This document shows positions 45,667-53,620 of a stretch of 64,000 nucleotides of DNA, piece by piece. A program made the position numbers and the translations under genes. This DNA comes from an uncultured virus (IMG/VR IMGVR_UViG_3300049172_000101) (lineage: Duplodnaviria; Heunggongvirae; Uroviricota; Caudoviricetes): the IMG/VR virus record IMGVR_UViG_3300049172_000101; one strand, given 5' to 3'. The notes beneath the pieces are model-generated. The model ran no database searches. It saw only the letters and a list, made by a program, of their open reading frames with translations, and was not told the origin of the DNA. Each line of letters begins with the position of its first letter. The stretch's first letter is position 1.

Positions 45667-46101
45667 GTGCAGTTCGAATACGAGATTCAGGTGCCAGTCA
45701 TCGCCGACCTCAACAACAGTTGGAACAGCCCGGAAAGCCGAGGCCAGATCGAGTGGGACGGCACCGCCCACTCGCTCGCTCGGCACCTTCTGGCGAAGTG
45801 GCACGAGAACGTCATGGGGGAGGCCGCAGGACTCCCAGCGGTAATCGAGGTTCAGGGTGAACAACCTGGACGCTTCGCTAAGCTCGACGATCCCTCCGCC
45901 GTCTCCCAGTCCGTAGAAGCTCTGGAAGCAGCCATCGAAGCTAAGCAAGTAGCGGACGTGGCGGCCGACATTGCCGCTGACGAACTGGTCGCAGCCATGC
46001 GGGACGCTGTCACCTTCGGGGGGGAATCGAAAAACACAGTGGCCAAGCGCGTGAGCGGCTTGATGTCCCGACCGACGGCACTCAAGCATCTCCGCACCTG
46101 A
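45667..46101 (+). CDS. Counter-oriented moron gene with possible C-terminal HTH
   Basis: GGGAG RBS; opposite strand to the tail operon; MRDAVTFGGESKNTVAKRVSGLMSRPTALKHL. Confidence 0.7.
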   Translation: MQFEYEIQVPVIADLNNSWNSPESRGQIEWDGTAHSLARHLLAKWHENVMGEAAGLPAVIEVQGEQPGRFAKLDDPSAVSQSVEALEAAIEAKQVADVAADIAADELVAAMRDAVTFGGESKNTVAKRVSGLMSRPTALKHLRT

Positions 46102-46110
46102 CCACGCCAC

Positions 46111-48984
46111 TCACCCCAGGCTGTACGCCATGGCCATGCGGTGCATCACCCGGGATGCGGTAGCCTCCCCGTCGCCGGCCTCGACGATGGTGAACTGCGG
46201 GGCGATCGTCACCCCTCCCCCGCCGCTGCTGCCGTCCCCCGCGCTGTTCGCGCCGATGATGTTCATCAGCCCGGACCGCTCAGCCAGCTCACGTGCCCGC
46301 CGCGGCTTCGTCAGCGGGATGACGACCTCCGGCCCGTCGCCCTCGCCGATCAACGCCACCGTCGGCCCGGTGACGATCCCACCGTTCGCCAGCCCCGGGA
46401 TGGCGTTACGGATCGCGGACGGCAGGCTGTTGCGGATACGGGACGCGATGCTTCCGCCGATGTCGCCGATGGCATTCAGCAGCTTCCCCGGCAAATCCTG
46501 GAACATCGCCACCAGACTGGAGATGAGCGCGGACGCGGCACCGCGAGCCCGGGTGGCAGCGGTACGGATCGCACCGGCAATCCGGCCGCCCAGCCCGGAC
46601 AAGGCGCTGCCAACACGGCCGATCATGCCTCGAAACAGTCCCACCACCCGGGAGATGGCACCGGAGACGATGGACGACGCGCGGGACATCATCGCCGTGA
46701 ACGCGGCCGGCAGCCGACCGGCCAGCGTCGTGACAATGCCGGTCACGCGCGTGAACATCGTGGAGAAGAACGTGCCGACGCGGGTCAGAGCCCCACCGAC
46801 CCGCGCCGCCGCCGTCGTCACCGCCGCTCCCAGCCGACCCATCCATCCGATGACCGTGCTCGTCGCCCTGCTGATGGCGAAGAACTGCGCGATCACCGCG
46901 ACCAGCGGGGCAACGAGCTGAATCAACGGCGTGATCAGCCGCAGTACCCACGCGATGAGCTGCCCCAGCAGCGAGACGATCGGCGTCAGCAGCGGCGCCA
47001 GCTGCACGAAGACGTTGACGACCGGCATGAACGCCAGCGCCACCTGCACCAGCGCCGGAGCCAGCGCCGTCAGGATCGGCGACAGAGCCTGAACGATCGG
47101 AATGAGTGCCTGCCCGATTGCCATACCGAGCTGGAGAACCGGCTGGAGCAACTGCATGAGCACCGGAACGAGAGCTGTGAACACGGGCAGTAGAGCCGCG
47201 GACAGCGTCGCCACCAGTTGCGTGATGACCGGCACGAACTGCTGGAACGCCGCGATGATCGGCTGGATCAAAGGGGTGAGGGCGGCGAGGATCGGCGCGA
47301 GCGCGGACGCGAACGCTGCCGCGAGCTGCCCGACGATCGGCAGCAGCGGCGCCAGCGCGGCGAGGATCTGCCCGATCGCAGCGCCGAGCGGAGCGAGTGA
47401 TGGACCCACCGCGGCGAACGCCTGCGCGAGGCCCTGCGCGACCGCTTGAATCCCCGGCATGATCGCCGCGATCGCCGGACCGAGCGCATTGATCACACCG
47501 ACGATCGCCGGACCGAGGGCGGTGAGGATCGGACCGATCGCGGGAGCTATCGCACCTACCTGCGTCACCAGAGCAGCGAAGATCGGCCCGAGCTGCGCGG
47601 CGACCTGCGCCAGCGTCCGGAAGATGTTCGTCAGCGCCTCCTGACCGGCTGCGGAGTTGACGAACCGGTCAAAGCTGGCCGTGATCGTCTCCAGGTTCCC
47701 CAGGAACCCGCCCCCCGCAGCAGACGCGGCCTCGAAAACCCCGGAGAGAACGCCCCCGACGTTGGACGCGATCCGCCCGAGCTGCGCGAACACGTCCAGC
47801 GCCGACCGGACCGCTTCCACGGCCTGCCCAGAGGCCGCCATCGTGGACAGCCACGTCCCGAACTGCGCGCCGAGTTGCCCGATCTGCGCACCAACCCCCG
47901 CGCCGAACGCGGTAGCAATGGCGGCACCGATGTCCAAGAAGCCCTTTGCCAAAGGAGCCACAGCCGTCTGGAGACCCGAAGCGGCCTGCGCCGTACCCTG
48001 CAAAAGCGCCCGGATCGGTGCCGCGGCCTGCGCGGACGCAGCGAACTTCAGGCCCGCGGCAGCGGCCTCGCCGAACTCCGCAGCGATCCCGGCCAGGCCC
48101 GTGCGGAGCGGGCCCCCCAGGGCCTTCGCCGCGGAGGTGATCTGACCCTCGAACTGCTTAAAGAAGGAGTCTTGAACGCTGGTCCGTAGCTCCTCAAACG
48201 CCGGCTTAAGGGCGCGGATCTCCTTCGCCGCGGCCTGCGCGGCCGGGGACAGGTCCTCCAGGGCCTCCGTGAACTCCTCGGCCGTCCCGGTGAGCGCGGC
48301 CTCGAACGCCTCTTGGACGCCCAGTAGCGCGATCTTGAGGGCGCCTAGCGCGGCCTGCCACCCGAGGATGAGCGCTGGGTAGGCGGCGATGATCCCGGCC
48401 GCCGGAGCGAGCGCGGCCGTCAACGCGACCACGCCCTGCGCAGCACTTGCGGCGGCGATCCCGATCGCGCCGAAGCGCAGCAGCGAGCCGAGCATGGAGC
48501 CGACGCGGCCAGCGATCCCACCGAGACCGGCGAGTGCACTACTGAGCCGATCCGTATCGACGTCGGCATTCACCGTGACGTCCGGGGGGCTGTGGCCGCG
48601 GATCCGCGCGTCGAAGTCGCTCAGGTCCGGGACAACGCGGATGCTCACCTCTTCGCCGGCAAGCGCGGCACGCAGCCGCGTCATGAACTCGTCGAGATCC
48701 GGCGCGACGGGGATATTCAGTGAGTCAATCCCGCTCAGGCCAGCGAGGAGCTGCGCGTCGAAGCGCGAGAGATCCGGATCGACACGGACGCTCACCGACG
48801 CAGCGGAAAGACCCCGCTGAATGTTCTGCCGAATCCTGTCGCCGGCGTTGCGCGTCGCGCGGACTAGTGCGCGCTGGATACGGAGCCCGAGGTCGCGTGA
48901 CTCCTGGACGATCTCGCTGTCGTCGAGCGTGATCGTTATGCGGGCGGACCCGTAGTCCTCGCTGTCGCCGGCCGGAGTGGTCAC
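46111..48984 (-). CDS. Tape measure protein
   Basis: 957-aa Ala/Gly/Leu-rich helical protein after the tail chaperones; ANGGIVTGPTVALIGEGDGPEVVIPL C-terminal motif. Confidence 0.92.
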   Translation of the reverse strand: MTTPAGDSEDYGSARITITLDDSEIVQESRDLGLRIQRALVRATRNAGDRIRQNIQRGLSAASVSVRVDPDLSRFDAQLLAGLSGIDSLNIPVAPDLDEFMTRLRAALAGEEVSIRVVPDLSDFDARIRGHSPPDVTVNADVDTDRLSSALAGLGGIAGRVGSMLGSLLRFGAIGIAAASAAQGVVALTAALAPAAGIIAAYPALILGWQAALGALKIALLGVQEAFEAALTGTAEEFTEALEDLSPAAQAAAKEIRALKPAFEELRTSVQDSFFKQFEGQITSAAKALGGPLRTGLAGIAAEFGEAAAAGLKFAASAQAAAPIRALLQGTAQAASGLQTAVAPLAKGFLDIGAAIATAFGAGVGAQIGQLGAQFGTWLSTMAASGQAVEAVRSALDVFAQLGRIASNVGGVLSGVFEAASAAGGGFLGNLETITASFDRFVNSAAGQEALTNIFRTLAQVAAQLGPIFAALVTQVGAIAPAIGPILTALGPAIVGVINALGPAIAAIMPGIQAVAQGLAQAFAAVGPSLAPLGAAIGQILAALAPLLPIVGQLAAAFASALAPILAALTPLIQPIIAAFQQFVPVITQLVATLSAALLPVFTALVPVLMQLLQPVLQLGMAIGQALIPIVQALSPILTALAPALVQVALAFMPVVNVFVQLAPLLTPIVSLLGQLIAWVLRLITPLIQLVAPLVAVIAQFFAISRATSTVIGWMGRLGAAVTTAAARVGGALTRVGTFFSTMFTRVTGIVTTLAGRLPAAFTAMMSRASSIVSGAISRVVGLFRGMIGRVGSALSGLGGRIAGAIRTAATRARGAASALISSLVAMFQDLPGKLLNAIGDIGGSIASRIRNSLPSAIRNAIPGLANGGIVTGPTVALIGEGDGPEVVIPLTKPRRARELAERSGLMNIIGANSAGDGSSGGGGVTIAPQFTIVEAGDGEATASRVMHRMAMAYSLG

Positions 48985-49012
48985 CGGGCACCCTCACGAA
49001 GTCGTGAATGGT

Positions 49013-49030
49013 GCCCGGCCCAGAACCAGA
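49013..49030 (-). promoter_or_regulatory. Late-gene leader box, copy 6
   Basis: TCTGGTTCTGGGCCGGGC, 29 nt upstream of GTG 48984; no clear -10 hexamer. Confidence 0.8.
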
Positions 49031-49071
49031 CGGCGAGCGGCAGCACGCGCGGCGCTGCCTTGTTTCTCAGG

Positions 49072-49392
49072 TTAGCCGCTGCGACGGCTTGCGAGCTGTG
49101 CGTCTTCCGCCGCGACCTGCGCCATCAGCGCTCGCGCCTGGCCTGCGTCGACGCGTGCTGCGGCCGGTCGGCCGCGAGCTCGTTCACCGCGAGGCGGCGC
49201 GTACAGCTTCGCGCGGATGCGCTGCCGCTCGGCGTCGTCCTCCGAAGACATCTCCATCGCGACCTCGGCCGCCGCGAGCATGGTGCTCAGCGTCCACGTG
49301 TGCGGGTCGACGCCTTGGAGGGCGAGGTGGCCGACCCACGAGTCCCACGACTCGGCGATACTGCCGCAGAGCCGCTGGACGACCCAGTAGGG
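49072..49392 (-). CDS. Tail assembly chaperone extension (gpT-like; probably reached by -1 frameshift)
   Basis: Open -1 frame overlapping the end of the chaperone gene, immediately before the tape measure. Confidence 0.65.
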   Translation of the reverse strand, partial: PYWVVQRLCGSIAESWDSWVGHLALQGVDPHTWTLSTMLAAAEVAMEMSSEDDAERQRIRAKLYAPPRGERARGRPAAARVDAGQARALMAQVAAEDAQLASRRSG

Positions 49393-49712
49393 CGGGCGCC
49401 GTACTGCTCCACCGTCCACTCCAGGAGGTCTACCAGGATTCGGTCGGGCAGGCGGGTTTGGGCGAAGATGTCGCGGGATTCGGGGAGCATGAAGCTAGAG
49501 AGGAAGTCGCGCAGCGCGTTGGTGACTTTGCGGATTTCCGCCGGGTCTGCGTTAGCCGGGTCGTCGGCCTTGGCTTCCTTCTGCACAGTGCGCAGCTTCT
49601 CGTAGGCGTCAAGAAACTGGTCCCCGTACACCTCGGCCTGAAAAAGCAGCTTGGTGTCGCCGATCTCGGCGACGTGGGGTTCGGTGTTCAACGCGAACTT
49701 GCGAGTGGCCAC
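49287..49712 (-). CDS. Tail assembly chaperone (gpG-like)
   Basis: Position; LLEWTVEQYGARPT followed by a low-complexity Ser/Thr tail. Confidence 0.75.
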   Translation of the reverse strand: MATRKFALNTEPHVAEIGDTKLLFQAEVYGDQFLDAYEKLRTVQKEAKADDPANADPAEIRKVTNALRDFLSSFMLPESRDIFAQTRLPDRILVDLLEWTVEQYGARPTGSSSGSAAVSPSRGTRGSATSPSKASTRTRGR

Positions 49713-49738
49713 AGGTCTTTCCCTGTCTCCCGTTCCTC

Positions 49739-49756
49739 GCCCGGCCCACAACCAGC
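49739..49756 (-). promoter_or_regulatory. Late-gene leader box, copy 7
   Basis: GCTGGTTGTGGGCCGGGC, 27 nt upstream of GTG 49712, 11 nt after TACCCT. Confidence 0.85.
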
Positions 49757-49808
49757 AGCGCACTACGAGGGTAGCCGCAGGTGCAGCAGGACAAGGAACG
49801 GAACGGCA

Positions 49809-50708
49809 TCACACTCTGACGGCTGGGTGGTTGTCGACAAGGTCCAGCACTAGGGGCAAGACGTGCACGGAGAAGTACTCGCGGCCTCGAAGTGGCTCCT
49901 CTCGGGCGTCGCGAAGCGCGGCGAGCACATTGCGTTCGATCCCTCGCGCGGCATCGCCAGGCAAGCCTCGATGCAGGCGCACGACGCTGTGGAGGCCGTC
50001 CCGAGCATGGTTCTGGAGTCGCGGGCGCGGGTCTCCAGACGTGACCCCGATCTTCACCACAGAGCCACTCGTGACGACGTAGAACACGTCCCAGATGCGT
50101 CCCTTGCACTTGTGGCACGGGCCTTTACCCGATGCGATATGCGTCGGCGTGGGACGGCACTGATGTCCTTCCTTGCAAAGCACACGGTGCGGCTTGTGGG
50201 CCCCTAACCAAGCAGGTTCAAGCAAGGTTGCGCCGAGCTCCGCGATACGCGCCTGGAAGGCTTCCCACGCGGCTGCCGGGTCGTTCCCTCCGCAGGTGCG
50301 GCAGATACCGACGCCCTCTGCGACGCGCGCCGGGTACGGGTGGCCGATGTGCCCGTATCGACACCGAACTTTGTGCGGCTTGAGGATGCCTCGCCACTCA
50401 GTTTCAAGTACCTCGCCACCGAGTTGCTCAACCCGTGCGCGGAACGCGGCCTCCGTGACCGCCGGATCGTTCCCTGCGCACGTCCGGCACATGCCCCGCC
50501 CAGGGCGGCGAAGATCATTGGGGCGAGGTTTGCACTCGTGGCCTTTCGAACAGACAGCACGGTGCGGTTGCCCTGCCCCGAGCCACTCCGGTTCCAGCAC
50601 GATGCCGCCAAGTTGTGCGACGCGTGCCCGAAAATCCGCCTCCGCGCGCAGGGACTTTGGCTGCCTTGATCTGCTACTGCTCGGCACTTTTGTCGTACTC
50701 TCGGCCAT
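49809..50708 (-). CDS. Putative free-standing endonuclease: three Zn-ribbon repeats plus a GIY-YIG-like domain
   Basis: Three LE.(E/A)W.G...PH...C..GH...P.P.....G...C..C.G repeats; FYVV...VKIGVTS...RLQNH...IE...EYF; AAGGAG RBS. Confidence 0.65.
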   Translation of the reverse strand: MAESTTKVPSSSRSRQPKSLRAEADFRARVAQLGGIVLEPEWLGAGQPHRAVCSKGHECKPRPNDLRRPGRGMCRTCAGNDPAVTEAAFRARVEQLGGEVLETEWRGILKPHKVRCRYGHIGHPYPARVAEGVGICRTCGGNDPAAAWEAFQARIAELGATLLEPAWLGAHKPHRVLCKEGHQCRPTPTHIASGKGPCHKCKGRIWDVFYVVTSGSVVKIGVTSGDPRPRLQNHARDGLHSVVRLHRGLPGDAARGIERNVLAALRDAREEPLRGREYFSVHVLPLVLDLVDNHPAVRV

Positions 50709-50856
50709 AGGCCGGTTCTCCTTCTCACTCAAGGAAGCCGGACGAGACCCCCGGTGCTCGCTTGGCCGCATCACCGGGGGTCGCCGTTTTAAGGTCTCAC
50801 TGAGTGAGACGTCTGAACTTGCCCTAGAGTTCCGCCCTTTGGAGTGAATTTGCTGG

Positions 50857-51234
50857 TCAGCGCCCCAGTCGCAATGCGCGACCCAGGAAATCATTAGCCC
50901 TGCTCCCGGGGTGGCGAACGAGCTTCGTGTAGACCACGTCACCGCCGACTTCGAACCGGAGCGCTTTCGCCCGGCGCGGGCGGATGAGGTGCGGCCGGGC
51001 GCCGTTCAAGACGTAGTGGACAGCAGGGTGATCACACACGATGACGCCTTGCAGGCCGCGCGGCCCTTCGGTGACCTTCCAGTCGATGTACTGGCCCATG
51101 CTGCCGGGCGCCTCAGCCTCCGCAATGCGAGCCACCCGCTCCGTGCGGGCGCTCATCCGGCGGTGGGCGATACCGCCCCGGGCGCGGATGAGGCGCAGTA
51201 TGCGACCGGGGTCGACGGTGACTTCGACGCTCAC
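50857..51234 (-). CDS. Neck/tail completion protein (HK97 gp10-like)
   Basis: Position; YVLNGARPHLIRP...VRHPG...NDFL. Confidence 0.7.
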   Translation of the reverse strand: MSVEVTVDPGRILRLIRARGGIAHRRMSARTERVARIAEAEAPGSMGQYIDWKVTEGPRGLQGVIVCDHPAVHYVLNGARPHLIRPRRAKALRFEVGGDVVYTKLVRHPGSRANDFLGRALRLGR

Positions 51235-51815
51235 GGGGTCACCGCCTCGTCGGGGCAGCCGCAGCCGGGCAGGGCGACGGTGACGCGCTGCTCGACGCCG
51301 ACGCAGCCCCCTTCGGGGCCGAGGATGCGCGACTGTCCGAGGACGAACTTGCGGCCCCTACGGCTGGTGCTCGTCGCCGGGAGACAGCACAGCAGCGCAT
51401 TCATGATGACCGCCGAGTCGATGTGGACGGTGCGGGCGACGGCCGCCTGCTCGTCGCACGACGGAGGACAGCCCCGATCAGTGGACAGGGGCGCGCACCG
51501 CAGCAGCGTCACCACGTACTCAACCGCGGTGATCGGCGGCGGGGTGCAGCCCCGCAGCCCCTGCACCTCCGCGTCCTGCGCCGGGAAATTCGAGGAGGGG
51601 TACATGCGGGCGACGGACACCGACAGCTGACCGCCGGTCTCCCCCGTGCACAGGTCGGCGCACGAATCCCATGCCGGCGTACCGGGCACGACGCACGCCC
51701 GGCAGGGGCAGCCGGGGTAGTCGTCGATGTCGGCGGCGGTTTCGTCGAGGGTCGCGCACACGCAGCCGAGGATGGCCTGGGCGAGGTCGTGGACGGCGAG
51801 CGCCTGCAGCGCCAT
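51231..51815 (-). CDS. Tail terminator-like protein
   Basis: Position; WDSC...GQL...LRC...GPEGGCVG. Confidence 0.6.
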   Translation of the reverse strand: MALQALAVHDLAQAILGCVCATLDETAADIDDYPGCPCRACVVPGTPAWDSCADLCTGETGGQLSVSVARMYPSSNFPAQDAEVQGLRGCTPPPITAVEYVVTLLRCAPLSTDRGCPPSCDEQAAVARTVHIDSAVIMNALLCCLPATSTSRRGRKFVLGQSRILGPEGGCVGVEQRVTVALPGCGCPDEAVTP

Positions 51816-51824
51816 GAGGGCTCC

Positions 51825-52634
51825 TTACGGCCAGATCTGCGAGCGGGGCCGCCGACGGTCGGGGCTGTAGACGCGGCTGGGAGACGTCAGCCGGTGGGGG
51901 TTCACCGACATAAGCCACAGATCTACGCCGGGCAGGCCGGTGCGCATCTCGGTGTAGAGCAGCGTCGGGTCGGCGAACTCCTGGTCGATGCCTTGGCGGG
52001 AGAGGCGGGTGACGTTCGCGGGCATTTTGCAGCCGCAGGCGCCGCCTCCGTTGCAGCCTTTGAGTAGGTGGCAGACGAGTTCGCTGTAGGCGGCGATCGC
52101 AGCGTCGTCGAGGGGTAGGCCGATGCGGTAGTGCACGGCGAACGTGCCCGGCTCACCGACGGGGGCGGCGAGGTCTTGGCAGTCGGGCCAGCAGCCGCCG
52201 TCGGTACGCACGAGCAGTCCGGGTGAGTCGACCCGATACGCCGACGCCGGCAGCGTGACGCCGTCGACCTCGACGCCGAGGATGTCGTAGACGGGCCCTT
52301 CGAGGCGGACTTCGCACAGCTCGGTGCAGGAGCAGTCGGAGGCGCAGCCGCACACGGACGCGTTGCGCCACTGCCCGTCGCGGCCGATGTACGGGATCCA
52401 CGGCGAGCCGCCAGCCCAGGATGAGGCGAGCGGCAGGGAGTCGAGGCAGCTGCGCCGGCAGGGCCGCACCGTGTAGGGGCAGGAGGGGCCCCAGCGTCGG
52501 CCGGACAGGTTGAACAGGATGGTGGTGGCGACCCGCTTCCACCGTTCGAGTGTCGCGTCTTCGGCGTCTTCGGCTGCGGGGCAGCACGACATATCGAGTG
52601 GCCAGGGCTCGCAGAGGGGCCGTTGCAGGGCCAC
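51825..52634 (-). CDS. Head-to-tail adaptor-like protein
   Basis: ATTILFNLSGRRW...VTRLSRQGI...TGLPGVDLWL..VNP. Confidence 0.7.
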   Translation of the reverse strand: MALQRPLCEPWPLDMSCCPAAEDAEDATLERWKRVATTILFNLSGRRWGPSCPYTVRPCRRSCLDSLPLASSWAGGSPWIPYIGRDGQWRNASVCGCASDCSCTELCEVRLEGPVYDILGVEVDGVTLPASAYRVDSPGLLVRTDGGCWPDCQDLAAPVGEPGTFAVHYRIGLPLDDAAIAAYSELVCHLLKGCNGGGACGCKMPANVTRLSRQGIDQEFADPTLLYTEMRTGLPGVDLWLMSVNPHRLTSPSRVYSPDRRRPRSQIWP

Positions 52635-52734
52635 GACGTCTCCTCACAGGGGGTGGGCGGGGTGTGCGGTGGCCGGACGGGGAACGGGGTCCGTGCGGCC
52701 ACCGCACGATCAGGGGCGCCAACAGCCGGGTCTG

Positions 52735-53421
52735 TTACGGCGCCGGGACGGGCACCGCCGCGTAGTCGCACGACGGCACCGGGGGCGGCGTGGTCGTTAT
52801 GAAGGTGCGGCGGTGGCAGGAGCTGTCGAGCGGAGTGAGCATCGGGCCGGGTGTACCTGCAGCGTCGGTCGGCATGACGTCGTAAGGGCCGACTCCCCAG
52901 GAGCCGCCGGCCCGGGTGGAGCCGGTGATCTGCAGGGTGACGGCCTCGGATCCGATCTCCAGGTCGCCGAGGAGTCCGTTGGTGACCCAGGGCAGCAGGA
53001 AGTAGATCCACTGGCCTTCGGCGCCTTCGACGCATTCCTCGCCGAGGACTTCGGCCCACAGTTCCAAGGCGAAGCCGGTGTCGCAGCGAACCGAGCAGGT
53101 GTCGAAGCCGATGGGCTGGCCGTCGTAGCCGAGGACGACGGGGTTGCCGGTGAGGATCTCGATCAGCTCGGGGCTGACGGAGAAAACGTTCATCTCGAGG
53201 TCGAAGCCGCGGAAGGTGGGACAGCCGCGCTTGAAGCCGCAGACGCGGCCGTTGGCGGCCTTGTACTCGATGTCTTCGCCGTCGTCGCTGTTGTTGTTCA
53301 TCGCCAGCGAGGCGAAGCAATCGAAGACGAAGCCGTTGTCGGGGCCGGGGATGGGGTTGCCGCACTGGTCGAGGCGCGTCACGCGCATGACGTCCGCGTT
53401 CGCGATGAGGGGGCAGGACAA
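52735..53421 (-). CDS. Major tail protein
   Basis: MRVTRLDQCG...KAANG...GFALELWA...YFLLPWV; AGGAGG RBS before TTG. Confidence 0.78.
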   Translation of the reverse strand: MSCPLIANADVMRVTRLDQCGNPIPGPDNGFVFDCFASLAMNNNSDDGEDIEYKAANGRVCGFKRGCPTFRGFDLEMNVFSVSPELIEILTGNPVVLGYDGQPIGFDTCSVRCDTGFALELWAEVLGEECVEGAEGQWIYFLLPWVTNGLLGDLEIGSEAVTLQITGSTRAGGSWGVGPYDVMPTDAAGTPGPMLTPLDSSCHRRTFITTTPPPVPSCDYAAVPVPAP

Positions 53422-53446
53422 GCCAGGAACCTCCTACTAGCAGGAG

Positions 53447-53464
53447 GCCCGGCCCAGAACCAGC
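53447..53464 (-). promoter_or_regulatory. Late-gene leader box, copy 8
   Basis: GCTGGTTCTGGGCCGGGC, 26 nt upstream of TTG 53421, 12 nt after TAAACT. Confidence 0.85.
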
Positions 53465-53620
53465 GGCTCGCAAATCAGTTTATCGGTCGGCGATCAGCGT
53501 CAGACCGCCGTCGTCCTCCCGCAGGCTGATCCCGGAGCCCTCAAGGGCGTACTGCACGCGGGGCCTCCTTTCACGTGAGGAGGGCCGCGCCCGGCCTGGA
53601 GGACCGGGCGCGGCTCCGGG

